Below are positions 1-12,229 of a DNA stretch of 64,000 nucleotides, piece after piece. The first letter of the stretch is position 1. Every line of letters starts with the position of its first letter. This stretch comes from Chlorokybus atmophyticus (lineage: Eukaryota; Plantae; Mesostigma and Chlorokybus algae), in contig RHPI01002090.1 of the NCBI GenBank assembly GCA_009103225.1, positions 578,221-642,220 on the forward strand, in the 5' to 3' direction. The notes under the pieces are model-generated. The model was not told the DNA's origin, ran no database searches, and worked only from the letters and a program-made list of their open reading frames with translations. The position numbers were made by a program, and so were the translations under genes.

Positions 1-2024
1 GGGGAGCAATTTTGCAAGCGTGAAATAGGGACAGTGCAATTGTCAGCAATACCGATCAACCCTCACATTGGTCACGACTCTTGGCTACATGTCAAGGACA
101 GGTGGTACCTCTGTTGTGGACATTCAATGGCACAATGCAGGTTGTACACAGTTTGTTCTTGATTGACACTAATGCAACGCACAACTTCGTTGAAGAACAA
201 TGGGTCGTGCGCAACAAGATAGTGTGTAAACCCTTAGCATTTTCAGCTGCCGATGCGGGGGGTGCGTTACCAGTGAAATGGGAAATAAAACAAAGGTAAG
301 AATCTGACACTAACATGCTACTCTAACTTTCATAGTAGTATCCATCAACATATTAAATGTTGATGTGGTATTATGACAGGAATGGCAGGAAAATGTAATA
401 ATGACATTATATACTGGTGCACGCTTGTGCACACTAAAAAAGGGTCGTAAGTGAGTAATATTGTTTGCGAAAGGGTCGCATAGCTTTGAGCTAGCGACCC
501 TTTACTATAAGCTATGGGTCGCTAGCTGAGAGCAAAGCTAGCGACCCATATCTCTAAGCATCCCAATCCTGCGCTGCTCATTGCATTGCAAGTGAACCGT
601 GCGTTGCGCAAAAACACGTCGGATTTTCCGGTATACTTGACGTCGTCGGACGACTTTGTGCCGGGCAGTGCGGAAGGTGTTGCAGGCATCATTGAGAAAT
701 ATCAGAATGTATTCTAAGATGAGTTTATAGGCTTTACCTTTTGATCGAGGTGTCGGACGCACAATACCTGTTATTCTTTATAGTGAGCCTCCGTTTCAGC
801 ATGTATATAGGCTAAGCCTCCGAGAGAGGGGGGAAGTGGACACTCAAATCAAAAAGTTAATGGAAAAGGGATTAATTGAACCGAGTTTTTCACCTTTTTG
901 CGCGCCCATCTTGTTTGTGATGAAAACAATTGGAAGCTGCGCATGTCTGCGGATTACCGTGCTTTGAACAAAATCACGGCAAATAATCAATACTCATTGC
1001 CCTGGATTGATGATGTTTTTGATACATTGTCGAAAAGTGCGTCCTTTAATACGCTGGACCTCATAAGTGGGAGTTATCAACTTTGAATTCATCCTTGTGA
1101 TGGTTACAAGACAGCAATTCGAATACCTTCAGGCCATTATCAATACAAAGTGTTACCTTTTGAATTGACTGATGCGCCCGCAATGTTTCCGGAGGAATTG
1201 AATAAGATTTTTGTGTGGTGGCATACTTAGCAAGTACGTTATGGTTTACTTTGATGACATCATTGTCTTTAATAACAACCAAAAAGAGCATAAGCAGCAC
1301 TTGCAAGCGGTGTTGGCCTTGCTGCGTGCACATCGCTTGTTTGCCAATCTTGCAAATCGTGACTTTTGCAAGACGGAGTTGCCATTTTGGGGGCACATTG
1401 TAAGCGGTGCGGGTGTTAAGTCTAACCCTCGCAAAGTGCAAGTTGTAAAGGATTGGCCTCAACGCAAGAATATCCATCGGCTGCGATCATTCTTGGGATC
1501 GGCAAATTGCTTTTGCAAGTTTATGATGGGGTACTCCATAGGGGTGGTGCCTTGAACAGAACTGTTGCAAAAAGATGCACCATTGTTGTGGACAGCTGAA
1601 GAAGAAGCTGTTATGCAACATGTAAAGCTAGCTTTAAACAGAGCTCCAGTGTTGTCATTGCCAAACTGAAACAAGCATTTCATTGTGGTTAGCGATGTAT
1701 CCACCCTTGGGTGTGGTGCAGTACTGTCGCAGGATGGCGGACCATGTGCTTATGAGAGTAGGAATTTCATCCCAGCTGAGGTGACTCACACTACCATTGA
1801 GCAAGAGTTGCTTGGTATAGTACATGCTCTGGAAACATGGCAATGCTACTTGGAGGGGGTTCAATTCGCAGTGGTGACTGGTCGTAAATGTGGGTGTATT
1901 TTGCAACATGGAAAAATCTGTTACGAAGGCAAGGTCGCGGCAATAAGATTTTGTCCCGGTTTACTTTCGAGTGGGTATACAGGCCAAGCAGAGCCAATGT
2001 TGCTGAATCAGAAGAGTTGCTGTC

Positions 2025-2534
2025 TGTAACAAACCACTAGGCCACAAAAGCACGAAGTGTGTTTTGTGGCCATTGTGGCGTTATTATGTAGTCGTCCGTG
2101 ACATTCCCCCCCACTTTGGTATATAAAGTCCTCATCAGATGTGAGTTTTTACAGGGCTTCTCATCACTGAGCAATGGAAGCGATTTTTGCAATTATTACT
2201 GAGCAGACGCAGCGCGCATTGCGCCGCTGAGTGACCAACTGTCAGTCGCCGTCTGGCAAGTCGCGCGATACTACCCAGCGGCGGCTCCAGGTACACGCGA
2301 TGCGTCAGAATGTCCGAATGCCGTCCGGCAAGTCGCGCATTGACGCGCGACCCATCATAGATCAATAACAACAACCTCAAAAATCCTTCTTAGTCTACCG
2401 CCGCCAGACGGATTCGACCTCAGGACCTTTTCGGTCTCAAGCTCCGATGACGAATGTAACAAACCACTAGGGCACAAAAGCACGAAGTGTGTTTTGTGGC
2501 CATTGTGGCGTTATTACTTAAGTCGTCCGTGACA
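2025..2534 (-). mobile_element. TRIM / miniature non-autonomous LTR retrotransposon
   Basis: Direct repeats 2025-2103 (79 bp) and 2455-2534 (80 bp), each TG...CA. 5-bp TSD CTGTC at 2020-2024 and 2535-2539. On the minus strand a PBS-like TTCGTCATCGGAGC follows the 5' LTR and a PPT AAGTGGGGGGGAA precedes the 3' LTR. The empty site cgCTGTCcgtc is present in the intact pol at ~27362-27372. No credible coding capacity. Confidence 0.93.
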
Positions 2535-3371
2535 CTGTCCGTCATTGTTGGCAGTTAAGCGTGCGCCTTTGCTTGCGACGCGCGGTACATTGCCACGTGA
2601 TGATGAGTTTGCGCAAGCTGTTGTGCAAGGGTATGCTTCAGACCCATGGTTCTCGTCAAAGGACACCAACACAACTGTTGCGATGCCTTAACAGTCTTGC
2701 GATTGATAAGCGAGACAACATGTTTTATCATATGGGCACTAGTTTGGTCATACTAGATCATGCTGAGTTGCGTGTAAAATGCATAGCTGATGTAGGGTAA
2801 GTGTACCATAGTTCGGACACCTAATTAAGGACAGGTTTTGTTCTATGACCTCCATGGCTGTTGCTGGTGTGCGACGGTGCGTGGGAAGACGAGGAGTTGA
2901 CGGGTGTTATAGACGTGACGGCATATTTTTTGGTGCCGTACAGCCATCACTACACAACCTCAAAGTGGGGAGTACATGATATCCTGGCAAAACGGCTGTT
3001 GTCGTAAGTTCGGACTGCCCGAAATGGCTGCATTTCACCCTGCTGTGGCGGCCAATCAGTGTTGGGCAGGCTTCAGATTGCGCTGGCGTGCTGTGCTGAC
3101 ATGCTGTGACCCGTCACGATGCTGTCAACGCCGCCGCCATCGCCACTGGTGCGGGCAGCGTCTACCTTGCTGTTGTATGCCGTCCGAACATAGGCGAGGT
3201 TGCGGGTATGTGCATGCTGGGCGCTGTTGTCGTGGCCGTGGTGGTGGCCGGTGGCGCCTTTGCGCAAGGGTCGTCGCCTGCTGGTAAGCTTGCAGAGATG
3301 CGCTTGGGTGTGTGTTCTGAACCTGTTTGCCTGCGTGAGAGTGCTGCATGCATGTGTGTGTGTGTGTGTGT

Positions 3372-3668
3372 NNNNNNNNNNNNNNNNNNNNNNNNNNNNN
3401 NNNNNNNNNNNNNNNNNNNNNNNNNNNNNNNNNNNNNNNNNNNNNNNNNNNNNNNNNNNNNNNNNNNNNNNNNNNNNNNNNNNNNNNNNNNNNNNNNNNN
3501 NNNNNNNNNNNNNNNNNNNNNNNNNNNNNNNNNNNNNNNNNNNNNNNNNNNNNNNNNNNNNNNNNNNNNNNNNNNNNNNNNNNNNNNNNNNNNNNNNNNN
3601 NNNNNNNNNNNNNNNNNNNNNNNNNNNNNNNNNNNNNNNNNNNNNNNNNNNNNNNNNNNNNNNNNNNN
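3372..3668. other. Assembly gap (N run) next to a (GT)n microsatellite
   Basis: N run directly after a GT repeat at ~3353-3371. Confidence 0.99.
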
Positions 3669-3735
3669 AGCTGTGTGACCACACATGTATGTACAGACTA
3701 ATATATGTACAGACAATTTGTGCTGACTCTGCTAC

Positions 3736-6601
3736 CTAGAGCATGCGTGATCTTGCTGCTGCCTTGAGGTTGAGCAGGGTGCGAGCCGGGCCTGCATAGC
3801 ATGCCACAGATGCATCTACGCAGCGATTGGCAGCCTGCATCTCAGAAGGGGTGGGTGACATGGAAGGAAAGCGGTTGGGCTGCCAGCCTTGGCCAGCCAG
3901 CTGTGGGCTGCCAACTGGACTGCGCTGAGGGGACAGGTTGGCCAATGGGTTGTCAACTTCGCTAGTGTCAACAACTTGTGATGCCAGATCAACAATGCAT
4001 GGCCTGGGTGCTGCATGTGTCCTGATGTGAGTGGGTCCTGCACGAGCTGTGGCATCTTTCTGCGCTAATAGCTTGGCCTGTTTTGCAGCCTCCTTCGCTG
4101 CCTTGGCTTCCTGCTTCTGCAATTGTACCAGCTCTCGCTGCGCCTTTGCTGTTGCACGCTGCAAGGCACCCAACTCCTTGGCCCTAGCTGCTTCCACCTT
4201 CTTCTGTGCTGCCTCTTGCTTGCGTGCTGCCACTGCAGCTTGCTTGGCGGCAATCTCGGCCTTCTTGGCTTGCAATGCCTTGATATATCCTTCAGATGTC
4301 AGGCAGATTGAACCCTGGATGTGTGGGTTTGCCTTCTTTTGCTGCCAAGTTGAAGGGCCTGCCTCCTGCTGAATGCTACCAAAGTTGATGTTGCCACTGT
4401 TGGGAGCGCCACCCACTGTGACACCTCGCAAGTTGATGTTGATATTGTTGTTGTTAGTGATGTTGACGCTGTTGTTGTTGATGACTGCAGGCGCTGGTGT
4501 AGATGGGCTTGGCTGGCGGTTCTCCTTGTCGCTGGAGCTGTCGTCATCTTCGGTGGCCGAGGAGTCCTCATCATCCTCAAATGGCACAGGCACACCCTCC
4601 CCATCAAGCGCAGGCCCTCCAAACTCGTGCTGCACTTGTGCATGTGCCAAGTCAGGAGTCACCTCCTCGGGGGTGGGTTTGGGAAGCTCAGGCACCTTGC
4701 TGTCCAATGCATGCACATTGACGGGCCAGATCCCTAGCATGACACAATTCAGTGAGATTGATGGCTGAAGTGCATGCATGTAAGCACTGATTGGGTTGTC
4801 TCATATACTGCACCTGTCTTCTTGAACCCGCTTGCAATGTTGCCAGGTGTCATCGCCAACATGAAGGGCTTGGCCGTCAGCTCTACAAACTTTAACTTGG
4901 TGATGGGACATGTTGGGTCCTCCACTCGCCACTTCAGGAACTCTCCTCGGTAGTGCTGCTTCAACGAGCGAAAGCAGCTCACGTCTAGCACCTGGTAAGG
5001 CAATAGGTTGCAATGCCGCATAGCAAAGCACAATTGCGCATGCATGTCAATGTGCACTGCGCACCAACCTGCATCAAGTGTGTCATATGCGCTGGGAATG
5101 TCAGCATGTGCACACCATGGTCACGTGCCAGCTGCAACAGGTCAGGATTCATGCGAGATGAGTGGCCGTCCAGCAGCAAGAGGACTGGTCTGTCTACACT
5201 CGCCCCTCCAGGTATGAACTTTAGAAACTTGTCAAACCAGTCCACAAACAGTTCCATTGTCATGTACGCATTCTCTTGCATGCGCATGTAGGCACCATAA
5301 GGTGCAGCCGCTAGATAGTTCTCTGTGTAGCGATGACCCTTCAAGATGTAGAAAGGAGGCATCCACATCCCTGCTGCATTAACGCACGCCATAACACTCA
5401 TGTGTTCTCGACTACCCACTTGATTGTAGTAGGGGTTCTTGTACCCCTTTTTGCATATGACTTTCACAGTCCCTGCATACGCAAGGTGGTAATCAGCATC
5501 CACATCCACAAGCATTGACAACTATTCGCGTGCGCAGAACTCACCAAGGTTGTCAGGCTCAAAACCGGTTTCATCAGCGTTGAAGATGCGGGTGGGGTCA
5601 TCAATGCCCAACTCAGCAAGCACCGTGGTGTACAGCTGGAAGAAACCCTCAATGTTCTCCCTGGTACACGCTTGCCACCTTCTCCTGTCCAGTCCTTCGG
5701 CAACGCGGGACGCCAACTGGTGGCGACTCATCAACAGGCGCAGCCACTTATACCCAGGACAGCCGCTGGCACCAAAGCGCTGCAAACGCCCAAGGGGATC
5801 ATCCTTGAGCATGTGCATCACCTGCATGCACACTTGCAAGCTTAGCACACCACTCTGGCCTTCATGCACCCGCACAAGGTACGCCTCGTCTGAATCAGCA
5901 TTAGCTTACGCATTGCACCATTTACATGCATACGCAGTCGCACTCGCTATGCCTTACCTTTGTAAACAGGGCCGGCCTTGTGACACCCAAGTTGTTGTCA
6001 GCAGACCAGTTGATCCACGCCACCAGGTCCTTCTCCTCTTCCATGGTCAGCACCGGTGGACGCCCACTAGGCCGTGGCAACTGCAACTTCTCCGGGTATG
6101 TGACATAGTCCCAGAGGGTGGACTTGGGGACGCCATGCCTCGCAGCAGCAATCCTGAGCTTCATGCCAGCCTTCACCTCTTCAACTGCCGCCCCCATCTT
6201 TAAAATGAGGCCCTGCCCAGCATAGTTGACATAGGCCATGCCTTTGCGACGTGTGGTGCCCAGCACACTCCTAAGCGCTGCCTTGCTGCGTCCCCGGTAG
6301 CGCTTGAGTGGGCCTGGTGCAGAGGGTGTGCCACATGCTCGCTTACTTCCCGCTGCAGGAGTGGACTCCTGCAGACAACACCATGCATCAGCCTCAAGTG
6401 CCATATACCACGACCACCAGCACCCAACTGTGTAGTACGACATGTACATAGTGTGCTAAGCATAGCGTAAAAGAGCGTTATGCAACCACAAGACCACACA
6501 CTCATGCACAGCCTTGGCAGCCTCTGTACCTCATTGTCTTGCATGCCATCTTGTGTGCTCTGCTCGCGCTGCGTCTCTGCCGCTCCCCGTGTGTGCACCA
6601 T
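3736..6601 (-). CDS. pogo-family DDE_1 transposase (DD35D), 6 predicted exons, apparently uninterrupted
   Basis: Predicted exons 6601-6530, 6368-5958, 5821-5545, 5472-5069, 4991-4814, 4733-3736, all GT-AG and frame-consistent. HTH (AAARHGVPKSTLWD..GRPPVLTMEEE), Tc5-type HTH (PGYKWLRLLMSRH), catalytic NADETG, LLLDGH and QVLD with 35 residues between the last two Asp, SGFKKTGIWP motif, then a long acidic plus coiled-coil C-terminus. Confidence 0.92.
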
Positions 6602-8240
6602 CACCCTCGCGTGGCGTTTTAGCCCCCCAAACACACAAGCCCCAGTCCACAGTGCGCAACTTCACACATAACAGCTATACCACTGCCAGTCCGCATTGAC
6701 CACCCCAACTACTCAGCACTAACAATTGCCACCACTCCCTTTGCAACTGCACCAAACCCAACCCAATCGCACTTTCACATTGCCCGCCACAACTTTCAAA
6801 TGACAACGCTGGTAGACTAACCACTTTAGCAGCGTTAACTACGTTGTAGGGGCATTGCATTGAGCCAACAAACGCGCTCATTGGTCGAGCACAGACCTAT
6901 CCTTAAGACTTCAAAGTCAAGTCAACCACACTGCCACACTTTAATTTACACAGTTAAACGCATGCTACTGGCGCCAATACTTAACCAATAGGGTTGAAAC
7001 TCGAAGGAGAGCTAGGATTGGTCCACAGGTACACGACAAAGTTCACAGCGCTCAAATTGACCGCCAAAACCGCCAACCACAGCGTCTACTACCGCCAAGT
7101 TCATGCAGGTCCGAATTTACGCATTTGTCCGAATTTAGTTACACTTACCCTACACGATCTACCATACGCTGGGCACTTTGGCAAGACTATTAAGGCAGCG
7201 CAACAGTCGTTGGTGGCCATCGTTGCCTATTCACTTATAGCGGTATGTCGATACGCGTGACAAGCCGTTACGACAGGCACCCGCTGAGTTGCTGCGACCA
7301 TTGCCTGTTCATGATGGCAAATGGGAAAGTGTGAGTATGTACTTGATTACTCAGCTCCCAAAGACAGCACTAGGTCACACTGCGGTTGCAGTTTTTGTGG
7401 ACCGTTTATTCAAAATGGTTCACATCGTCCCTTGTCGCACGTAAATCGAGCAAATAGGCTCATATGAGTTGGCGGTGGTTTTTGTTGCGTTTGTGTTTGA
7501 GTTGCATGGCTTGCCTCGCAACTTTGTGTCTGATTGTGATGCGCGATTTGTGGCTCAGCTCTGAAAGTTGCTATGCGGTTTGTTACAGATTCAACAGAAG
7601 ATGAGCACATCTTACCATCCGCAGATGGATGGTCAGATCGAACGCGCCAATCGAGTATTGCAAGAAACCATCCGGCATTATGCGAGTCCAAATCAGAGTG
7701 ATTGGGATAATTCAAGAAACCATCCCGGCTAAGTTCGCAATCGATATGCGTGGCAAGAGAGTGTGCAAAAAACTCCGTTATTCTTAAATTACAGACTGCA
7801 TCCACGTCTTGTGAACATCAAGTTGCCCGCTATTGACATAACTCGCGTACCTAGAGCGCGCGAGATGGCTTGCATGGCTTCGGCCATGCAGGATAAGTCA
7901 GCATTGGCTAAACTGCTGTTTCCACGCAGCGCAAGCCAGACAAAAAGCTCAAGGGGATGCGCATCGTACAGAGGCCAAGTACGATGTGGGCTGTTCGGTG
8001 CTTAAGTCCCAAAAACATATCTATTAAGGAAGTGGGTACCCGCAGATTTTTCCCTCGCTAGATAGGCCCGTTCAAAGTAATTGATTGGTCCGGCACTCAC
8101 GCGTATTGGTTGGACTTGTCACAGTCGCTACACATTCACAATGTGATTCATGTGAGTGTACTGAAACCGTTCCGTTCTGACGGTCTAGTTCAACCTCCTC
8201 CACGCCCCGTTGCAGTGGATGGAGACGATACTTTTGAGTA

Positions 8241-8720
8241 AACACAGAATTTTTCCGCGGACCAGCCCTGGTCCGCACGTACTGGTCAGGGGAGAAATTG
8301 CCCGAGCGGCTTGGGGTTCGGACTAGGGTCGCCCGCCTTAATCTGCGCGCGGGGACCAAAGCTAGTCCAAACAGTATGTAACTGTCCCACGGTCCCCGGA
8401 AAACCGTGCCAGCCCTGGTTGCTTTTATCATGGCAAGCGCAATGGGACCAATGCTGGTGTGCCATGCGTGTGGCTGCATGGACCCAAAATGGTCCACTCT
8501 TGGCACAGCTTTGCTAAGAAGATTACCAGTATTGGTCCCGAGTAGTACGACAATTTTTGAATCGCACCGTATGACAATTAATGGTTTGTTTGTAATGTGA
8601 ACGTCAGCTCAGGCAGTCTGCACAGATGGTCACGACCATGGTCCCACCGGCAAAGCCATAGTTGATCCCATAGGTCGGGACGTTCACATTATAAACGGAC
8701 CATGCCTGGTCCACACCAAG
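8241..8720. repeat. Probable DNA-transposon end with an array of GGACC/GGTCC subterminal motifs
   Basis: Begins (AACACAGAATTTTTCCGCGGACCAG) exactly where Gypsy similarity stops. About a dozen GGWCC-type motifs in both orientations in <500 bp. No partner end found in the window. Confidence 0.5.
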
Positions 8721-9156
8721 CAATTGCTGCATACCAGTCAAAACTCACTGCATTCAATCACGCTTGCATCTGAAGACCAGTATTAGTGCACGACACCCAC
8801 TGTCATCCTGCACCGATGCTGGTCTGTTACCTATGCACCAGCTATTCACATGAACAATTGTATGCTATGGTGCGTGTCTGACAATCAGCGCGACCTGCAG
8901 AATATCAATTAGCTATGCTAACTACAGCAGCGGTCCACACCAAGCAATTGCTGCATACCAGTCAAAACTCACTGCATTCAATCACGCTTGCATCTGAAGA
9001 CCAGTATTAGTGCACGACACCCACTGTCATCCTGCACCGATGCTGGTCTGTTACCTATGCACCAGCTATTCACATGAACAATTGTATGCTATGGTGCGTG
9101 TCTGACAATCAGCGCGACCTGCAGAATATCAATTAGCTATGCTAACTACAGCAGCG
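8709..9156. repeat. Tandem duplication, 2 x 224 bp
   Basis: 8709-8932 and 8933-9156 read identical by eye. Confidence 0.95.
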
Positions 9157-9182
9157 TTCTCGTAACTACTCTTTCCAGCGAT

Positions 9183-11846
9183 CATGGACCGCCTATGACG
9201 AGATTGAGGCGCACGCTGATCACACCACGTGGTCTAGGCACGCACACCTTCCCTCTATTTGCACCGTACTTGCAGTCGTAGAGGGCCTGTGAGATGAACA
9301 AGTGCACGCCGCGTGCGCCAACATCTGTTGTTGTTGTAGACACTGCGCGCGCACTTTTCATCAGAGCCACACAGCAAACTATAGACACATTGTACATTCC
9401 TTAACAATAGCAACTTGCATAAAGCCCTGATACCTATTAGTCTTGCAAGCATGTTCTGCTTGGCTCCCATCTCCCCATGAAGCGGAACCTCTCGGTCACA
9501 GGCGTTTCACTTTTATCTGGCATGCCTGCATTTATATAGAGTAGTGAGTGCGTGTAAGCACATACACATAGCATATGCTCATACATGGCACTATTAGCTT
9601 ACAGCTTACCAGTCTACGAGCATATCGTATAGACTGCAGTGACCTGTGCATTGGTCACATTTGTCATGCCTACGAGCGCTCATTTACGCGATTCATAAGA
9701 TCTGAGTACCTGGCCGTAACCTCATGTTCATCCAGCTCAGCTATCCACCCTGCGTTGGGTCTTCCCCTAGCCACTTCTTTTCAATTGCAAATTGCACAAC
9801 CGCTTGCATAATACGCTTTGTTGGAATGCTGTCTATCTGGGCCTGGTTGCGGAAGGGAAGAGGTGCCACGCACTTCATTAGCGCCACCTCCTTCTTCCGC
9901 CAGAATTCCCATCACCGGCCAACCTGCGCCCTAGTAGGTGTTTGCTCGGTGCCACAGCACACAGCCGCCAGCACCTATAGCTTCTCATCATCCGCTGAAA
10001 TCTCGCGGGCGGTGCCCTGCATGGGCACACCATGAGCACAACTAGCAATCAATTAAACAAGGAACTTATTGAACACAGTTAACAAACCTGTTTGCCTTGT
10101 TGATGCTGCGCATCCAACTCTTGGAATACTCTCTCCGGCATTTCCCCATCCCAACGTGCCTATTGAATCTGCATTCCCCGTTTTCACAGACGCAGGTGCC
10201 CATCTAGCTCATGAACATAAGTGGCCACTCAACTCTGCACATGCACTCCATCAACTGTCAGTGTCATAGGCGGTTCACTTGTGCACTTTAGCCAAATACA
10301 CGCGACGCACGTCCCGCACTTGTTGGCATGCAGTGACGAAAGCATAGACAGTGCACTGACTAACAATCACAAACTTACCTTCAGCTCGGCGCGTGTGTAA
10401 TGATCTTGTGTCTTGCCGTGCATAAGCCTTTGCGACCTGATAGGTATGATAGGCCGCACGCTGTTGCCCTTCACGCAAAACACTGGCAGCCAATTGACAA
10501 TCAGCACGCTGTATGTGCGGCAGGGCTCATCCACATCCTCGGCAATCTTTAACAATGGTGGCAATAACTACGGGTACACATAGGTCTTCACGACTTAAGG
10601 ATTGCATGTCGATGTCAACGATTTTGTTTTTATTGTAATCGTCTGCATGTCCGTACCGTATAAACAAGCATGGTGTGGGATAACACAACACAACAGCTGT
10701 ACATTTAGCTTGCTTCACTTCCAGTGGAGTTGTCACAATTTATGATTGCACACACACATTGCACACAGTCCTTACCCGAATTTGAGCCAAGTAGCCCGCA
10801 GCACGTCATCGAAAAGGGGGCCGTTGCTTAAGGGGCACTGCAGAACGACAGTCTGCGACGGGCTGTAATTGTTAGGGCTGAAAACTCTGCCCCACCATGC
10901 AGACCGGCGATGAGCAGCCGTGTTTGGCAGTTTGCTCTGCTTCTCGAGCATGCAGACGGAGCTGGACCCGCTGCTCCCTGGACTGTCCTTTGCGTTCACC
11001 TCGTTCTTCTTTAACGCCCCTCGGATAGGTCCATTGGCGTCGTAATAAAATATGCCCAGATGTGCTCTGCCAAGCAAAAGTTATGAGCGACATGTCCACA
11101 AAGCTGCTTTGTCTCATAGGCACTGTCCATTATATACGACTTATGCAATCCATTGCTGCAATTTAAAACCTCATAGGCATGTCCAGTGTTTCAACTTGAC
11201 AAACAGTACCGTGACAACTTGGCAAACAACGTCATAGCAACGATAGCAACGTTTGCCACCGTTAACCAGTAGTGAAAACAGCTGGATATGCATACAGACT
11301 AGCTAATTTCAGCTGACAGCAAGCCATCCATGTCAAGTGACGTGACAACTTTGCAAAACTATGTGATGGCAACTGATTTGCAAAAGTAGCATCACTAACC
11401 AGCAGCAACAGCAGCTTAACGGCTACCAAAGCTGCTATATGCATGGAGACTAGCTGGTTTAAAAACAGAAATCGAGCTGTACACAACGCATTCAGAGCAA
11501 ACCGTTACAGAAAACAACTGCCCTTTTGATATACGGAGCTCTATGCTTTCCACAAAAATTAAAGGCTCCAGCTCCAGCTCCGGCTCCAACTCCTCGCAAA
11601 AGCTATTTAGCTTGGCAATGCTGGCCTGCGCTGCAAGATCCGTGCTCCGCTTGTCGACATTCAGCTCCTTTTAGCCTGGACTAGAGTCTACTCCCCCTGC
11701 TTGAGCGTCTGGGTGAACTTGTCTATGTTTCGCACATGGGCGGGGTGCACAGAGGAAAAGTTGTCCCTCAGGAACATGTCCCTAACTTCCCGGCCGTTGT
11801 TGCCAGGGTTGAACACTTGGCTAGCAGAAGATAATGCGGTCACCAT
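9183..11846 (-). pseudogene. Degenerate spliced transposase, possibly KDZ (Kyakuja-Dileera-Zisupton)-like
   Basis: Exon-like segments with stops: CAHGVPMQG (10029-10040 = CAHG), LYDMLVDW/H, and ACQIKVKRL*PRGSASWGDGSQAEH (~9437-9527). These resemble the KDZ C-x-H-G, D-x-x-H and CQ...dGe..E motifs. Several in-frame stops. Confidence 0.4.
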
Positions 11847-12086
11847 TGTTGCACTATACACAAAGCACCTAAGCTTCCAAGTGACAAAAGGCTCACACAG
11901 CAGTCTGTAGCACGAGAGTCTACAGCACGCGACCTAATGCTGATGCAATAACCAATGCCGAAGTTATGCTGCGCACAACGCACAACGCACGCGCGAACGA
12001 ACAAAACACTGGCGTAACCTGACAACAAAGTTTCGACAACAACCTTTCACTTGGCAAGTGAAATAAATTTCAATGCCTATGTGACT

Positions 12087-12094
12087 TAGGGTTT
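12087..12094 (-). promoter_or_regulatory. Telo-box (AAACCCTA) in a putative divergent promoter
   Basis: TAGGGTTT on + between the minus-strand remnant (start ~11846) and the plus-strand remnant (~12230). Confidence 0.3.
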
Positions 12095-12229
12095 GTCGGA
12101 GCGGCCTATGCGGTTGCCGGTGACGCCGCGTGCCTGATGTTTGGTGTGCCAGAGGTAGCTTTAGCGGTGCTAGCGGAGGTGTGGCAGAATGCTGGCTTGT
12201 CTTGTATAAGAGTGTAGTCAAGAGCAAGT

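Larger units (their letters stand above)
2795..7150 (-). mobile_element. pogo/Fot1-like (Tc1-mariner superfamily) DNA transposon
   Basis: 25-bp TIRs: GGGTAAGTGTACCATAGTTCGGACA (2795-2819) and the reverse complement of 7126-7150, 21/25 identical. TA TSD at 2793-2794 and 7151-7152. Host integrase sequence resumes exactly across the insertion. Confidence 0.95.
1..8240 (+). mobile_element. Degenerate Ty3/Gypsy (chromovirus) pol remnant of the same family as 22443-29315, split by nested insertions
   Basis: Protease FLIDTNATHNF (~155-190); RT fragments LIEPSFSPF..P, YRALNK, GHYQYKVLPF and YFDD; RNase H SDVSTLGCGAVLSQDGGPCAYES; integrase pieces at 7151-8200 (MSTSYHPQMDGQIERAN, RWIGPFK-like, HNVIHVSVLKP). 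It aligns by eye to the intact copy with many stops and frameshifts. Interrupted at 2025-2534 and 2795-7150; similarity ends at ~8240. Confidence 0.95.

Noticed and set aside
2104-2150. CTGATGAG on the TRIM minus strand, suggesting a hammerhead ribozyme (retrozyme)
   Set aside because: No correctly placed GAAA or three-stem junction. The motif lies outside the LTR and corresponds to the ATGAGGAC pre-PPT motif shared with the autonomous element.
2398-2445. tRNA B-box/T-arm-like GAGGTCGAATCC in the TRIM internal region
   Set aside because: Two mismatches to the B-box, no convincing A-box or cloverleaf; may be chance.
3073-3739. Several long ORFs in the ORF track
   Set aside because: Artefacts of translating through the N gap and GT repeat.
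8709-9156. Direct repeats as a CRISPR-like array or solo-LTR pair
   Set aside because: Head-to-tail duplication without spacers, TG..CA ends, PBS or TSD. No CRISPR array or cas gene anywhere in the window.
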